The notes: a model not told the origin generated them from the letters alone. 64,000 bases of DNA from an uncultured virus (IMG/VR IMGVR_UViG_3300027672_001707) (IMGVR_UViG_3300027672_001707), one strand, 5' to 3'; counted from the stretch's first letter, positions 28,689-38,289 are shown. Program-made: numbers and translations.

Positions 28689-28725
28689 AAAGGCCCAATG
28701 CATAATAGCAAAGGGCCTTTTTTTA
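28689..28725 (+). terminator. intrinsic terminator between convergent genes
   Basis: AAAGGCCC...GGGCCTTT followed by a T-run. Confidence 0.7.
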
Positions 28726-28733
28726 TGACTGAA

Positions 28734-29135
28734 TTAAACTGCTATATTTACTGTTGAGGGGTGTATATCTATTTCGGTTAAACCGTGTTCTCTGTCTAAG
28801 TATTTGTAGTCTACTCTGACAGGGTTAAATTGTTTTAACCAATCGAATACTATTTGGGGATTAAACTCACCGCAAGTATAAACATCTAATTGTAGATTAG
28901 CAGGACTTGATTCGTCCCATGAATGTAATACTATATGTGAAGTTTCTATTATTGTTGCAACTGTAAGACCTCTGTTACCTGGCATATCGCAATATGTTGC
29001 GTAAGGTCCCATAAGTATTTTCATACCTATTTGTTGAATTAATTCTTTTACACTGTCAGATGTACTTGTAGCATCTAACGGTGGATTTATTACATCAGCT
29101 CTGATGATAATATGTTTATGTACAAGATGTTCCAT
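28734..29135 (-). CDS. speD: S-adenosylmethionine decarboxylase proenzyme
   Basis: IIETSHIVLHSWDE self-cleavage motif and LDVYTCG. Confidence 0.85.
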   Translation of the reverse strand: MEHLVHKHIIIRADVINPPLDATSTSDSVKELIQQIGMKILMGPYATYCDMPGNRGLTVATIIETSHIVLHSWDESSPANLQLDVYTCGEFNPQIVFDWLKQFNPVRVDYKYLDREHGLTEIDIHPSTVNIAV

Positions 29136-29139
29136 AAAT

Positions 29140-29334
29140 CTAACACTGGCTTAAAGGTATGGGTCTTCCATTGTCATCTACGATCATTTCACCATCGATG
29201 CTACCACACATTCTACCATTTGAACCTGCACCGTAATATTTTACAGGTCTTACTTCAGTTAACTCGCCGTTTGCGTTTTCTCGCATTCTCTTGTTATTAA
29301 CAGAGATAATGCCTCTTGCTTTGACTCCAGCCAT
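29140..29334 (-). CDS. hypothetical protein
   Basis: ORF with AAGGA SD. Confidence 0.6.
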   Translation of the reverse strand: MAGVKARGIISVNNKRMRENANGELTEVRPVKYYGAGSNGRMCGSIDGEMIVDDNGRPIPLSQC

Positions 29335-29341
29335 TTATTCC

Positions 29342-29473
29342 TTACTTGACTCTTCGTTTAGCCATGCCCATGTAATTCTTACTTGGTTCATAGTTCCACT
29401 TTTTACCGTGGTGTCCTCTGATATCTGCATAGGACATACGAAGTTTCACAATTAGTTTTACTAGTTGTTTCAT
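29342..29473 (-). CDS. small hypothetical protein (43 aa, below track cutoff)
   Basis: MKQLVKLIVKLRMSYADIRGHHGKKWNYEP...; fills the gap in the minus-strand operon. Confidence 0.6.
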   Translation of the reverse strand: MKQLVKLIVKLRMSYADIRGHHGKKWNYEPSKNYMGMAKRRVK

Positions 29474-29499
29474 TATTGGGTTATGATTTACACTCACGT

Positions 29500-29748
29500 T
29501 TATTTTCCGATCTTTGCTTTGGCAATATCTTTTTTCGCTTGTATTATTGCCGCTTGTCTTATTTTTCTACCTAAGGGTAATGTTTGGATCTTTTCGTATT
29601 CACCGCCTTTTTTGGCTTCCCATTCTACTCTAACAACTTTGCTTTCTGATCCACCTTGGAATGATCTTACTGCTTTCCTATAAGATAGGGCTTCGATTGT
29701 TTTTGTGTCTTCTCCGTCAATAAACGTGTAAGTTCTTAATTTCTTCAT
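29500..29748 (-). CDS. hypothetical protein
   Basis: ORF with AAGGT SD. Confidence 0.65.
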   Translation of the reverse strand: MKKLRTYTFIDGEDTKTIEALSYRKAVRSFQGGSESKVVRVEWEAKKGGEYEKIQTLPLGRKIRQAAIIQAKKDIAKAKIGK

Positions 29749-29833
29749 AATTACCTTTAGTTGATGTATTTTGCTTTTATAGAATACTTATCTTTTATTT
29801 TTAATATTAGTACTTTATTTGTATATTATTTGG

Positions 29834-29864
29834 TTGACAAAGTCAAGTGAATAGTGTATAAATA
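29834..29864 (+). promoter_or_regulatory. overlapping sigma70 and late promoter of the tmRNA
   Basis: TTGACA(29834-39)-N17-TATAAA, whose -10 is also TATAAATA (29857-64). Confidence 0.7.
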
Positions 29865-29869
29865 TACTT

Positions 29870-30133
29870 AGAACGTTGAAGCAATTCAAAAGTTAAACTG
29901 GACCCGGGTGCGAATCCCGGCATCTCCACCAAATACAACAGATTTTTCATATGGGGATGAATAGGATCGACAGGTAATTACTAGAGTTAGTGGAGTTCTC
30001 GGGATCTAAGCACCGTTATCGCGAAGAAACTTTATAATTGCAAATAACAATTATCAGCCAGAAATGGCATTAGCGGCTTAGTAAAATAAGCACGTGGGGG
30101 TTGGCAACGTACCTAGCAACAGAAATCGTTGCA
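29870..30133 (+). ncRNA. ssrA: two-piece (circularly permuted) tmRNA
   Basis: Acceptor piece with T-arm CCGGG-TGCGAAT-CCCGG and CATCTCC-ACCA (ends 29931) lies upstream of coding piece GGGGATG (29953); G3-U70 pair; tag ANNNYQPEMALAA* at 30040-30081. Confidence 0.92.
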
Positions 30134-30273
30134 TATACCAAAGTTAGAAACATTAGTGACAAAGGATTGTTACAAGCATACACTGGTAACATGGAAATAC
30201 ACTTTCTAATTGCACACGTTTCAGTGAACGTGACGAACTATATACAGATATATAAAAAGTACCAAGTAATTTT

Positions 30274-30303
30274 AAATCCCCACTCTGCCTGGGGATTTTT
30301 TTT
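30274..30303 (+). terminator. intrinsic terminator
   Basis: AAATCCCC-ACTCTGCCT-GGGGATTT followed by a T-run. Confidence 0.75.
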
Positions 30304-30348
30304 GGTTAAAATAAGATAAGATAAGTATATTACAATAAGAGGTATTCA

Positions 30349-31023
30349 ATGATATTATGTAGTGGTTGTAGTTTTACAATCGGATCACACAAAGACGTCA
30401 ATAATAATGATGTCGATTATAAACACTGGCCCAACTTTATCCCAAATTCTAAAAATGTAGCAATAGGTGGAGCAGGTAACAGATTAATTGCTCGTAGAGT
30501 GTTAGACAACATTGATAGTAGTACTGAAGCAGTAGTTATTATGTGGAGTACTATTGAACGTTATGATTGGTATATGCCTGAATATAATGCATACAAATCA
30601 GAAGGTGCTAGTTATACAGGCCCTAAAGAAAATTACTTAAAATACTTTTATACAGATTTCAATCAATTTGCAAAAACATTAGAATATATATTATTAATAC
30701 AAAATACTTGTAAAGTAAATAATATTCCTGTTTTGTTCTCCCATATGGGAGATATGGTTTACGCAGATTGGGATATGAATAAACGTGATAATTCATTTTT
30801 TGAAAAACTAAAAACAAATGATGAGAAACATTATATAGAACAATTATGGAATCAAGTAAATTGGAATAATTGGATGTTTCATGAAGAAAAAAGCGGACTT
30901 TGGCAGTTTACAGATGATTACAATTATGAATGGATAGCAGATCACCCAGGCGAACAAGCACATAAAGACTGGGCTGAACTAGTAGTCAACCCTAGACTTA
31001 AACAACTAAATATTAGTATATAA
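30349..31023 (+). CDS. SGNH/GDSL-like hydrolase
   Basis: GCSFT block I, NVAIGGAGN, DHP...H. Confidence 0.6.
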   Translation: MILCSGCSFTIGSHKDVNNNDVDYKHWPNFIPNSKNVAIGGAGNRLIARRVLDNIDSSTEAVVIMWSTIERYDWYMPEYNAYKSEGASYTGPKENYLKYFYTDFNQFAKTLEYILLIQNTCKVNNIPVLFSHMGDMVYADWDMNKRDNSFFEKLKTNDEKHYIEQLWNQVNWNNWMFHEEKSGLWQFTDDYNYEWIADHPGEQAHKDWAELVVNPRLKQLNISI

Positions 31024-31047
31024 TTAACCCATTAACCCAAAGGTTTT

Positions 31048-31191
31048 ATGAAATTACATAAAGGACATGAAGGTCATGTCACAAGCCCAAAAAAAACAAG
31101 TATTGGGAACAACCACTCTAGAACAAAGTTTAGTTCTATGAACAAAAGTAAAAAACGAAGTTACAAAAAATACCGAGGACAAGGAAAATAA
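31048..31191 (+). CDS. small basic protein (47 aa) ending KKYRGQGK
   Basis: ORF below track cutoff; C-terminal YRGQG motif recalled from T4-like marine phages. Confidence 0.65.
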   Translation: MKLHKGHEGHVTSPKKTSIGNNHSRTKFSSMNKSKKRSYKKYRGQGK

Positions 31192-31193
31192 AA

Positions 31194-31625
31194 ATGTACG
31201 AATATAAATGCAAAATTATTAAAGTAGTAGACGGCGACACAGTTGATGTAGATATTGACTTAGGCTTTGGCGTCTGGCTTAAAAAAGAACGTGTTAGAAT
31301 GATGGGTATTGATACACCAGAATCTAGAACAAGAGACAAAGTTGAAAAGAAATTTGGCTTGGCGGCAAAGGCTAAACTTAAAGAAATGTTGCCACTGGGA
31401 TCAACGTCAGTACTTAAAACTGAAATTGACAGAAGTGGTGAAGATGCAAAAGGTAAATTTGGTAGAATATTAGGTGACTTCCTAATTGACGATAAACGTG
31501 CCACAGAGATTATGATTAAATCAGGACACGCAGTTGCGTACTTTGGCGGTGCTAAAGAAGATGTTGCTAAACAACATGAAAAGAATCGTAAAAGATTACT
31601 TAAAGAAGGCGTAGTTGTGCTTTAA
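31194..31625 (+). CDS. thermonuclease (SNase-like)
   Basis: VVDGDT, GIDTPE, KFGRIL. Confidence 0.85.
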   Translation: MYEYKCKIIKVVDGDTVDVDIDLGFGVWLKKERVRMMGIDTPESRTRDKVEKKFGLAAKAKLKEMLPLGSTSVLKTEIDRSGEDAKGKFGRILGDFLIDDKRATEIMIKSGHAVAYFGGAKEDVAKQHEKNRKRLLKEGVVVL

Positions 31626-32458
31626 TGAAGAGCATTGCTATTATACTAACAGGAGATCCAAGACATTTGGACTTCTGTTTAGAATGGTGGCAAAATCTAG
31701 TTGACAAGTCAACATACAATGTAACGTTTTATAGTAACACTTACTATTCAGACGATATAAAGAAACTACACAAGTTACCGGATAACGCCAAACATAAAAA
31801 CTATACTAAAGGCAAAGCACTTTGGGGTAGTGTTATGACAACATCTCCGGAACAAGTACTTACAAAAGAGTACCTATGCTCGCCTGTTTTAAAACAGTAC
31901 TTAAACAATTCAAACGAATCGCATCTAGGTCACAATGTCACATTTGACTACTACTTTGGTAGATTATTCATGTTAAATAACATACTTTCTTTACACAGAG
32001 ATAACATAGCAAAATCAGATGTTGTACTCCATGCTCGTTGGGATTGTGCTATTAGAAATACAAACTTCTTGCAAGACTTTGTACAAAGTGCATGGAACAA
32101 TAAAGCATACGTTTTTACAGGTGTACAAAATGAAAAACACGGATTATTACATACTAACGATTGGTTGTATGCAGGATTAACATCTGATTTCATAAAAGAT
32201 TACAATGCACATTCAATAAAAAACCATATCGAATTATTCAACAAATTTTATGCAGAAAACGAAGTAAAAGCCAAATCCTACTTAATAGGGCACAACTTTT
32301 ACAGTACGTTTTTACAACATATAGGGGCGAATATAAACTACTGTGGGTGCGATTCTACACTAATAAGAGAAGCACAACTGAAGATAAGTGACAATTTTGA
32401 CGATACTTGGGGAAAAATGCTAGAAAAGTATTTAAAAAGTGTGCAAGATAGGGCCTAA
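31625..32458 (+). CDS. hypothetical protein (possibly glycosyltransferase-like)
   Basis: IAIILTG.PR, DVV..ARWD, NDW. Confidence 0.5.
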   Translation: MKSIAIILTGDPRHLDFCLEWWQNLVDKSTYNVTFYSNTYYSDDIKKLHKLPDNAKHKNYTKGKALWGSVMTTSPEQVLTKEYLCSPVLKQYLNNSNESHLGHNVTFDYYFGRLFMLNNILSLHRDNIAKSDVVLHARWDCAIRNTNFLQDFVQSAWNNKAYVFTGVQNEKHGLLHTNDWLYAGLTSDFIKDYNAHSIKNHIELFNKFYAENEVKAKSYLIGHNFYSTFLQHIGANINYCGCDSTLIREAQLKISDNFDDTWGKMLEKYLKSVQDRA

Positions 32459-32460
32459 TT

Positions 32461-32523
32461 AAAGGTTGACAATATATCTGTTTGTGTTATACTTATAAAG
32501 TAAGTTAAACAAACATAAGGAGA
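32461..32523 (+). promoter_or_regulatory. early promoter plus leader (repeated cassette)
   Basis: AAAGG-TTGACA, TGTGTTATACT, TAAGTTAAACAAA, AAGGAGA. Confidence 0.75.
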
Positions 32524-32528
32524 TATGT

Positions 32529-33158
32529 ATGCGGAAACTATTAATTATTACGGGTATTTTAATGTCAATATCCAATTCAGCAGTTGCTACTACTGGTGCA
32601 ACGTTGACAACACAAGCAAAGCACATTCTGTGGGGCGAACTTAATAACGAAAAAGTAGAAAATGCTTATCACCCAGCGATACAGTGTTTAGCAGAGAATA
32701 TCTACTTTGAAGCAAGAGCTGAAAGTTATAGTGGTAAAGCCGCAGTTGCAAACGTAACTAAAAATAGAGTTGCAGATAAAAGATGGCCCAATACTTTATG
32801 TGGTGTTGTAATGGATGGTCCGGTTAGAGAAAGTTGGAAAACAAAACAGACACCTGATCCAGATGATGCAATATTTTATCCAAAAAAGCATAGATGCCAA
32901 TTCAGTTGGTATTGTGATGGAAAAGCAGATACGATTTGGGCAAACAAAGAATCGACTGGACAAACTATCGAAGGTAATGCAAGGGCGTGGAGAGAATCTG
33001 TGCAAATTGCAATTATAGTTAGTGGACACGGTTCGTACACGATTTCGGATAATACAATAGGTGCAGTATATTATTATGCACATAATTTAGTTTATCCTTA
33101 CTGGGCAGACAAAATGGAACACCTAGGTATACTAGGAAACCATACGTTTATGAAATAA
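32529..33158 (+). CDS. SleB-like cell wall hydrolase (Hydrolase_2) with signal peptide
   Basis: CLAENIYFEARAE, CQFSWYCDG, GNHTF. Confidence 0.9.
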   Translation: MRKLLIITGILMSISNSAVATTGATLTTQAKHILWGELNNEKVENAYHPAIQCLAENIYFEARAESYSGKAAVANVTKNRVADKRWPNTLCGVVMDGPVRESWKTKQTPDPDDAIFYPKKHRCQFSWYCDGKADTIWANKESTGQTIEGNARAWRESVQIAIIVSGHGSYTISDNTIGAVYYYAHNLVYPYWADKMEHLGILGNHTFMK

Positions 33159-33177
33159 AGGAAGTTATAAATACTAT

Positions 33178-35262
33178 ATGTTCTACGCATTAATAACATT
33201 ATTAGTCGCTTTAAGTATAAGTGCAATAGCGGCTTACTACAGTATTGTAGGATTAACAGCCATCTTTGCGGCGGCAGTTTTTCCTATTATTCTTATGGGT
33301 ATAGTACTGGAAGTAGGCAAAATTACTGCTACAGTATGGTTACACACTTATTGGAAAAGAGCACCTGCATTTACCCGCTGGTATTTGGTTATAGCAGTTA
33401 TTATTCTTATGTTTATTACAAGCATGGGAATTTTTGGATTTTTAAGTAAAGCACATATTGAACAAACAAGTGCTGGACAAGAAAGTGTAGCACAAGTTGA
33501 ACGTATCTCTGGGGAAATTGTTAGGCAAGAGGATATCATTCTCCGTGCTGAAAACAAAATTAAAAAGTTAGAAACAAGTAATGTTGGCGGTGACGCTAAT
33601 ATACAATCGCAAATCGACAAGGAACAAAAACGTATCGATAGTGCATATACTAGGGTACAACCTTCCATCGACGAGCAACAATTAATTATTAATAGTCAAG
33701 CAGAGTTATATAGAACAGAACTTACTAGACTAGATCAATCACTAGCAACACTGCAAAGTTATATAGATAGTGGCGAAACTAAAAAAGCACAACAAATGAT
33801 CGGTGCAAGTGCTGATGGAGTGTTTGGTAAAAAGACTGCTGAAAAGATTGGTGATTGGAAAGACTTAAAACAAAAAGAACGTTTATCTTTGTTATCTCAA
33901 ATTGAACAAGCCTCTAACAATACACAAGCAAAAGCGGCGGCTTTAGAAATACAAAGATTGCGTAAAACAGTTGAATCACAAATTACACAATCGAATGAAT
34001 TAATTAATAGGTTGCGTAACCAACTTGGCGATACTGATAAAACAGAAAGTATTGATGCAGAAGTAGATACACAAAATTTAAGAATTAAGACGGCTAATAA
34101 CGAGATTGATAATCTTGTAGATGAGAAGTATGCACTAGAAGGCGAGTATCGTAAACTAGAAGCAGAAGTAGGGCCTATTAAATATATTGCACAGTTTATA
34201 TACGGCAATGACGCAGACAAAAATATGCTCGAAGACGCAGTGCGTTGGGTAATCATTATTATTGTTATAGTGTTTGATCCACTAGCAATCATGTTAGTGT
34301 TGGCAGGAACAATGCAATTAAAATGGAGACGTGAGGAAAAAGAATTCCATAATCGTCCCGAAGCAAAACAACAGAAAATTGAGGAGTTACAAATGAAGAT
34401 CGACGACTATACGAAGTTCCTCCATCAACTTGAAGAAAAGATGGATGCTCTGCAGGCTAGTAATACTGCAAAAGATAAAGACATTACTAAACTGCAAAAA
34501 GCGATTGATAAAACTATCAAAGACAAAGATGCACTTGAACAACGTTTAATGAAACTAATGGAAGATGCAGATGCAAAACATCTTAAAGTTACTGACGGCT
34601 TAAAACAAAAGATATCTAATAAAGATGATAATCTTGCTGAACTACAAGCAACAGTAAAGTTCTTAGAAGAGAAAGAGCCCGAAGTCGTAGAGAAACTGGT
34701 GGAAGTAGAAAAACTAGTGGAAGACGAAACGAAGATACAAGCGGCACTATCGGAAAGCGAAAAGCAGTTACTAGAAAAACTGGAAGTACAAAAACAAAAA
34801 TTAGAAGTAGAAGCAAATCTGTCAGCAAGGGAAAAAGAAATTAAGGCAAGAGATGCCGCGATTGCTAGATTAAACGAAAAATATAAACTAGTAGAAGTTG
34901 ACGGTGCTCCAGATATGACACCTGATATTTTAAAACCACAAGTAGATAATGATATTGCTACTATGATGGCTAGTATGAAAGATGGAGACGTTGTACCACC
35001 TGCGACATATGGAAGTAAGTTTCCGGTAGATGCAGTTAATGGACAACTGTTTACAAAAACTGATTTATTCCCACACAAATTGTACAAGTGGAATGAAAAG
35101 AAATGGATCGAAGTTGATAAGTCCGGAACAGACGGTTACTTAACAGAAGATTATGTTCGCACACTTGTCGAGAAAGTAGCACAAGGCGAAATAGAACTTG
35201 AAGATTTAACAGATTCTGAAAAAGGAACAATGACAGACTTTTTATCCAACGGTAAAGAATGA
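33178..35262 (+). CDS. membrane-anchored long coiled-coil protein
   Basis: Three N-terminal TM helices, coiled coil, central TM (IIIVIVFDPLAIMLV), second coiled coil. Confidence 0.75.
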   Translation: MFYALITLLVALSISAIAAYYSIVGLTAIFAAAVFPIILMGIVLEVGKITATVWLHTYWKRAPAFTRWYLVIAVIILMFITSMGIFGFLSKAHIEQTSAGQESVAQVERISGEIVRQEDIILRAENKIKKLETSNVGGDANIQSQIDKEQKRIDSAYTRVQPSIDEQQLIINSQAELYRTELTRLDQSLATLQSYIDSGETKKAQQMIGASADGVFGKKTAEKIGDWKDLKQKERLSLLSQIEQASNNTQAKAAALEIQRLRKTVESQITQSNELINRLRNQLGDTDKTESIDAEVDTQNLRIKTANNEIDNLVDEKYALEGEYRKLEAEVGPIKYIAQFIYGNDADKNMLEDAVRWVIIIIVIVFDPLAIMLVLAGTMQLKWRREEKEFHNRPEAKQQKIEELQMKIDDYTKFLHQLEEKMDALQASNTAKDKDITKLQKAIDKTIKDKDALEQRLMKLMEDADAKHLKVTDGLKQKISNKDDNLAELQATVKFLEEKEPEVVEKLVEVEKLVEDETKIQAALSESEKQLLEKLEVQKQKLEVEANLSAREKEIKARDAAIARLNEKYKLVEVDGAPDMTPDILKPQVDNDIATMMASMKDGDVVPPATYGSKFPVDAVNGQLFTKTDLFPHKLYKWNEKKWIEVDKSGTDGYLTEDYVRTLVEKVAQGEIELEDLTDSEKGTMTDFLSNGKE

Positions 35263-35633
35263 TAAACGATAAAATTACAATAGTAACAAGTCCAGACTTT
35301 GATCACAATAGTGATTATAAAATATGTTTAGTAGGAGATTCTCCTTTAATTAACGACATATTACCAATACTGGATAAAGATGAACGTAGAGTAAGTGTTC
35401 ATTGTGTTACAGAAAACGACAAAGACTTTACTTGGATTGCAAACACAATAAATTCAAGCAATTTTGTATTTGTTGATAAACAAACAAAGATTGACAGGTT
35501 ATACTTAGGTTGGGTACTATCACGCCCTAACGTATACCACAATAGTGAAGAACATCGGACAATAAACAATAACTATAGTTTCGATGTGTTTACTTCATTA
35601 GTTAAACAACTAGATAGCAACAACGGAGGATAA
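35259..35633 (+). CDS. hypothetical protein
   Basis: ATGA-overlapped ORF. Confidence 0.6.
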   Translation: MINDKITIVTSPDFDHNSDYKICLVGDSPLINDILPILDKDERRVSVHCVTENDKDFTWIANTINSSNFVFVDKQTKIDRLYLGWVLSRPNVYHNSEEHRTINNNYSFDVFTSLVKQLDSNNGG

Positions 35634-35634
35634 T

Positions 35635-35925
35635 TTGGCGTACCAAGGAAACAAAAGTAATTTTAAGAACAACTTCAATAACAAGAAGAAATGGGAAGAC
35701 AGACCACGAGACGAGGGACTAATGGTTCACGTAGTAGGTGACGGACCAGAAGCATTGACTAAGGCTATGAGAAAACTCAAAAAGCGAATTATGAATGATG
35801 GTATACTACAACTGCAACGAGATAGACAATACTATCAAAAGCCTTCGGAAATTAAAAGAGAAAAGAAGAAACAAGGCATTGCTCGGGCTAAAAAACTACA
35901 AAAAGAAAACGAAAGACGTAGTTAA
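35635..35925 (+). CDS. rpsU: ribosomal protein bS21
   Basis: V.V....L.KAMRKLKK.....GIL....R.YY.KPSEIKR; TTG start after GGAGG. Confidence 0.85.
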   Translation: MAYQGNKSNFKNNFNNKKKWEDRPRDEGLMVHVVGDGPEALTKAMRKLKKRIMNDGILQLQRDRQYYQKPSEIKREKKKQGIARAKKLQKENERRS

Positions 35926-36057
35926 TATATACGGTAAACAGTAATATATACTGTAAAGTGCCGTTATATGACGTCTGTGTGCGTTTAAAGTACCATATTA
36001 TAGAGTTTTTTTACCAAAAGGACTTGACTTTTGAATATAAATAACTATATAATACAG

Positions 36058-36158
36058 TATGTATTAGAAATAGTTCTAGTGCATATTATTATACGCAATG
36101 CCTAATTATAGGGTTGCATTACAACAAACTTGCTTACTAAAAAAGGAGTTATAGCATG
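36058..36158 (+). promoter_or_regulatory. ROSE-like RNA thermometer in the hsp20 5' UTR
   Basis: Three hairpins; the last, AACTTGCTT-ACTAAA-AAGGAGTT (36127-36150), pairs UUGCU with the SD and leaves a bulged G. Confidence 0.7.
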
Positions 36159-36590
36159 ACACAATACAAAACAAATCTATCATTTTTCAACCAATTACGC
36201 CCGATGACAATCGGCTTTGACGAGATGTTCGATTCTTTCGAACGTATGAGCTCAGGTAACCAGTTGAATTACCCACCGTACAATATCATTAAAACAGGTG
36301 ACCTTACATATACTATTGAAGTTGCATTAGCAGGATTCGGTAAAGACGACATTGAAGTCAAAACTATCGAAAACGAGCTAATCATCAAATCTGTAGTATC
36401 AGATGAAGGGCAAGAGCCAGAACCTGGCGTAATACATAAAGGTATTTCAAAACGTCAGTTTGTTAGAAAGTTCACACTTGCAGAAGATATGGTAACACAG
36501 GGTGCAGAACTAAAAGATGGTTTACTTACAGTATCATTGGAAAAGATTATTCCAGAGTCTAAGAAGCCAAAAACAATCGAAATTAAGTAA
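36156..36590 (+). CDS. small heat shock protein (Hsp20/IbpA family)
   Basis: IGFD, YPPYNI, EVALAGF, HKGIS.R.F.R.F.LA, A.LKDGLL. Confidence 0.92.
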   Translation: MTQYKTNLSFFNQLRPMTIGFDEMFDSFERMSSGNQLNYPPYNIIKTGDLTYTIEVALAGFGKDDIEVKTIENELIIKSVVSDEGQEPEPGVIHKGISKRQFVRKFTLAEDMVTQGAELKDGLLTVSLEKIIPESKKPKTIEIK

Positions 36591-36603
36591 TTTCAATTCT
36601 GTA

Positions 36604-36635
36604 GATAGCGATTGCAGTAATCTGTAGTCGCTATC
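36604..36635 (+). terminator. hairpin, probable terminator
   Basis: GATAGCGATTGCAG-TAAT-CTGTAGTCGCTATC; weak U-tail. Confidence 0.55.
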
Positions 36636-36719
36636 CTTATCTTAGCGGTTGACAAGTACATCACGATATTGTATACTGTAACAGTAAATGAATAAAACAC
36701 ATAAAAGAAGTAAGGGCTT

Positions 36720-37031
36720 ATGACAGATACAAATAATGCAACCATAGTAAAACCGGCATCTAAAGTAGAGCTAAAAGAACCTAATTTATGGAAAGTTATC
36801 ATGTTAAATGATGATGTAACTACAATGGAATTTGTAGTTAGTTGTTTAACAGATTACTTTGAATATACAGATGCACAAGCCAATAAAATTGTTGTAGACA
36901 TACACGAAGATGGTTCAGCCGTAGTGGCAACTTATCCTTATGAAATGGCAGAACAAAAAGGCATCGAAGTTACACTAGCGGCTAGAAACGACGGATACCC
37001 GTTAGAAGTGAGAATCGAAGAAGACAAATAG
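36720..37031 (+). CDS. clpS: ClpS N-end-rule adaptor
   Basis: KVIMLNDDVTTMEFVV, IHEDG.A.V, AE.K, YPL. Confidence 0.92.
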   Translation: MTDTNNATIVKPASKVELKEPNLWKVIMLNDDVTTMEFVVSCLTDYFEYTDAQANKIVVDIHEDGSAVVATYPYEMAEQKGIEVTLAARNDGYPLEVRIEEDK

Positions 37032-37039
37032 GGGCAACT

Positions 37040-37576
37040 ATGTCAACACACGCAATGATTGACCTAGAAACACTAGGCACTCAACCAGACTGCACAGTAC
37101 TTACACTGGGTGGAATAAAATTTAATCCATATAATAATGAAGAACCTGCAAAAGGTTTATATTTACGTTTAGATGTAGATGAACAATCTACTATGAATCG
37201 TAGTGTGGATCCTGGAACACTCGAGTGGTGGGGCAAACAAAAGAAAGAAATTCAAGACGAAGCATTAGGTGATGAAAATCGCACAAGTGTTGCAGATACA
37301 TTAGCACAACTTAACAAATGGTTAATTGGCTGTGATCAAATTTGGTGTCAAGGTCCTGCATTCGATATGGTTATATTAGAAAATTTATATAGACAGATGA
37401 AACAACCTATTCCATGGAACTTCTGGCAAGTGCGAGATAGTAGAACATTGTTTAGTATGATGCCTGTAGATCCTCGTAAAGCAATACAAACAGATGCTCA
37501 CAACGCCTTGGCAGATTGTTATTATCAAGCAAAGTGTGTTCAGCAGTCCTTTAAACATTTTGGAATAACCCGATGA
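37040..37576 (+). CDS. DEDDh 3'-5' exonuclease/exoribonuclease
   Basis: MIDLETLG, TLEWW, FD..IL, RDSRT, HNALAD. Confidence 0.8.
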   Translation: MSTHAMIDLETLGTQPDCTVLTLGGIKFNPYNNEEPAKGLYLRLDVDEQSTMNRSVDPGTLEWWGKQKKEIQDEALGDENRTSVADTLAQLNKWLIGCDQIWCQGPAFDMVILENLYRQMKQPIPWNFWQVRDSRTLFSMMPVDPRKAIQTDAHNALADCYYQAKCVQQSFKHFGITR

Positions 37577-38289
37577 ATATTCTAATAACAGGACACAAAG
37601 GTTTTATTGGATCTCAGTTAACAAAACGTCTTGGAGATTTTCATAATGTAATAGGTATCGACAAACAAGATGGTAACGATTTACTGGATTGTGAACTGCC
37701 TGAACCTCATACTGTAGACATTGTTATACATTTAGCAGGTAAAAGTGGAGTAAGACAAAGTTTAGCAGACCCAACAAGTTATTGGTTGAATAACATTGAA
37801 GCCAGTAGACGCTTATTTGACAAGTATAAAGGCAAACGAATTCTTTATGCAAGTTCGAGCTCACAATATGAACCACATTTAAATCCGTATGCGGCTTCCA
37901 AACATTGTTTGGAATTCTTAGGAGCATCTTATCCTTTTACAGTTGGTATGCGATTTCATACTGTATATTCGGATGTACCAAGAGAAGGAATGTTTTTTGA
38001 TAAGTTAAAAAATAAAACATTAGAATATGTAACAAATCATACTAGAGATTTTATACACATGGATGATTGTTTAGATGCAATTTGGATACTAGTTACTAAT
38101 CCCGATGTTATAGGGTGTATTGATATTGGATCGGGTAATAGTGTGCAAGTTAGAGATTATGCACCCGACTTACCAATTAAATTACACACGCCACATGAAA
38201 GACAACACACATTAGCCGACATTACATATATGAAGAAATTAGGTTTTCAACCTAAACATTTATCACCAAGGATTGAGATAATAAAATGA
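37573..38289 (+). CDS. NAD-dependent epimerase/dehydratase
   Basis: ITGHKGFIG, HLAG, YASSS, PYAASK, RDFIH. Confidence 0.85.
   Translation: MNILITGHKGFIGSQLTKRLGDFHNVIGIDKQDGNDLLDCELPEPHTVDIVIHLAGKSGVRQSLADPTSYWLNNIEASRRLFDKYKGKRILYASSSSQYEPHLNPYAASKHCLEFLGASYPFTVGMRFHTVYSDVPREGMFFDKLKNKTLEYVTNHTRDFIHMDDCLDAIWILVTNPDVIGCIDIGSGNSVQVRDYAPDLPIKLHTPHERQHTLADITYMKKLGFQPKHLSPRIEIIK

Noticed and set aside
30101..30319. 72-aa ORF
   Set aside because: TTG start inside the tmRNA 3' end, and it runs through the terminator.
34425..35087. 220-aa minus-strand ORF
   Set aside because: Shadow of the Glu/Lys-rich coiled-coil gene; Ser/Phe-rich composition typical of antisense frames.
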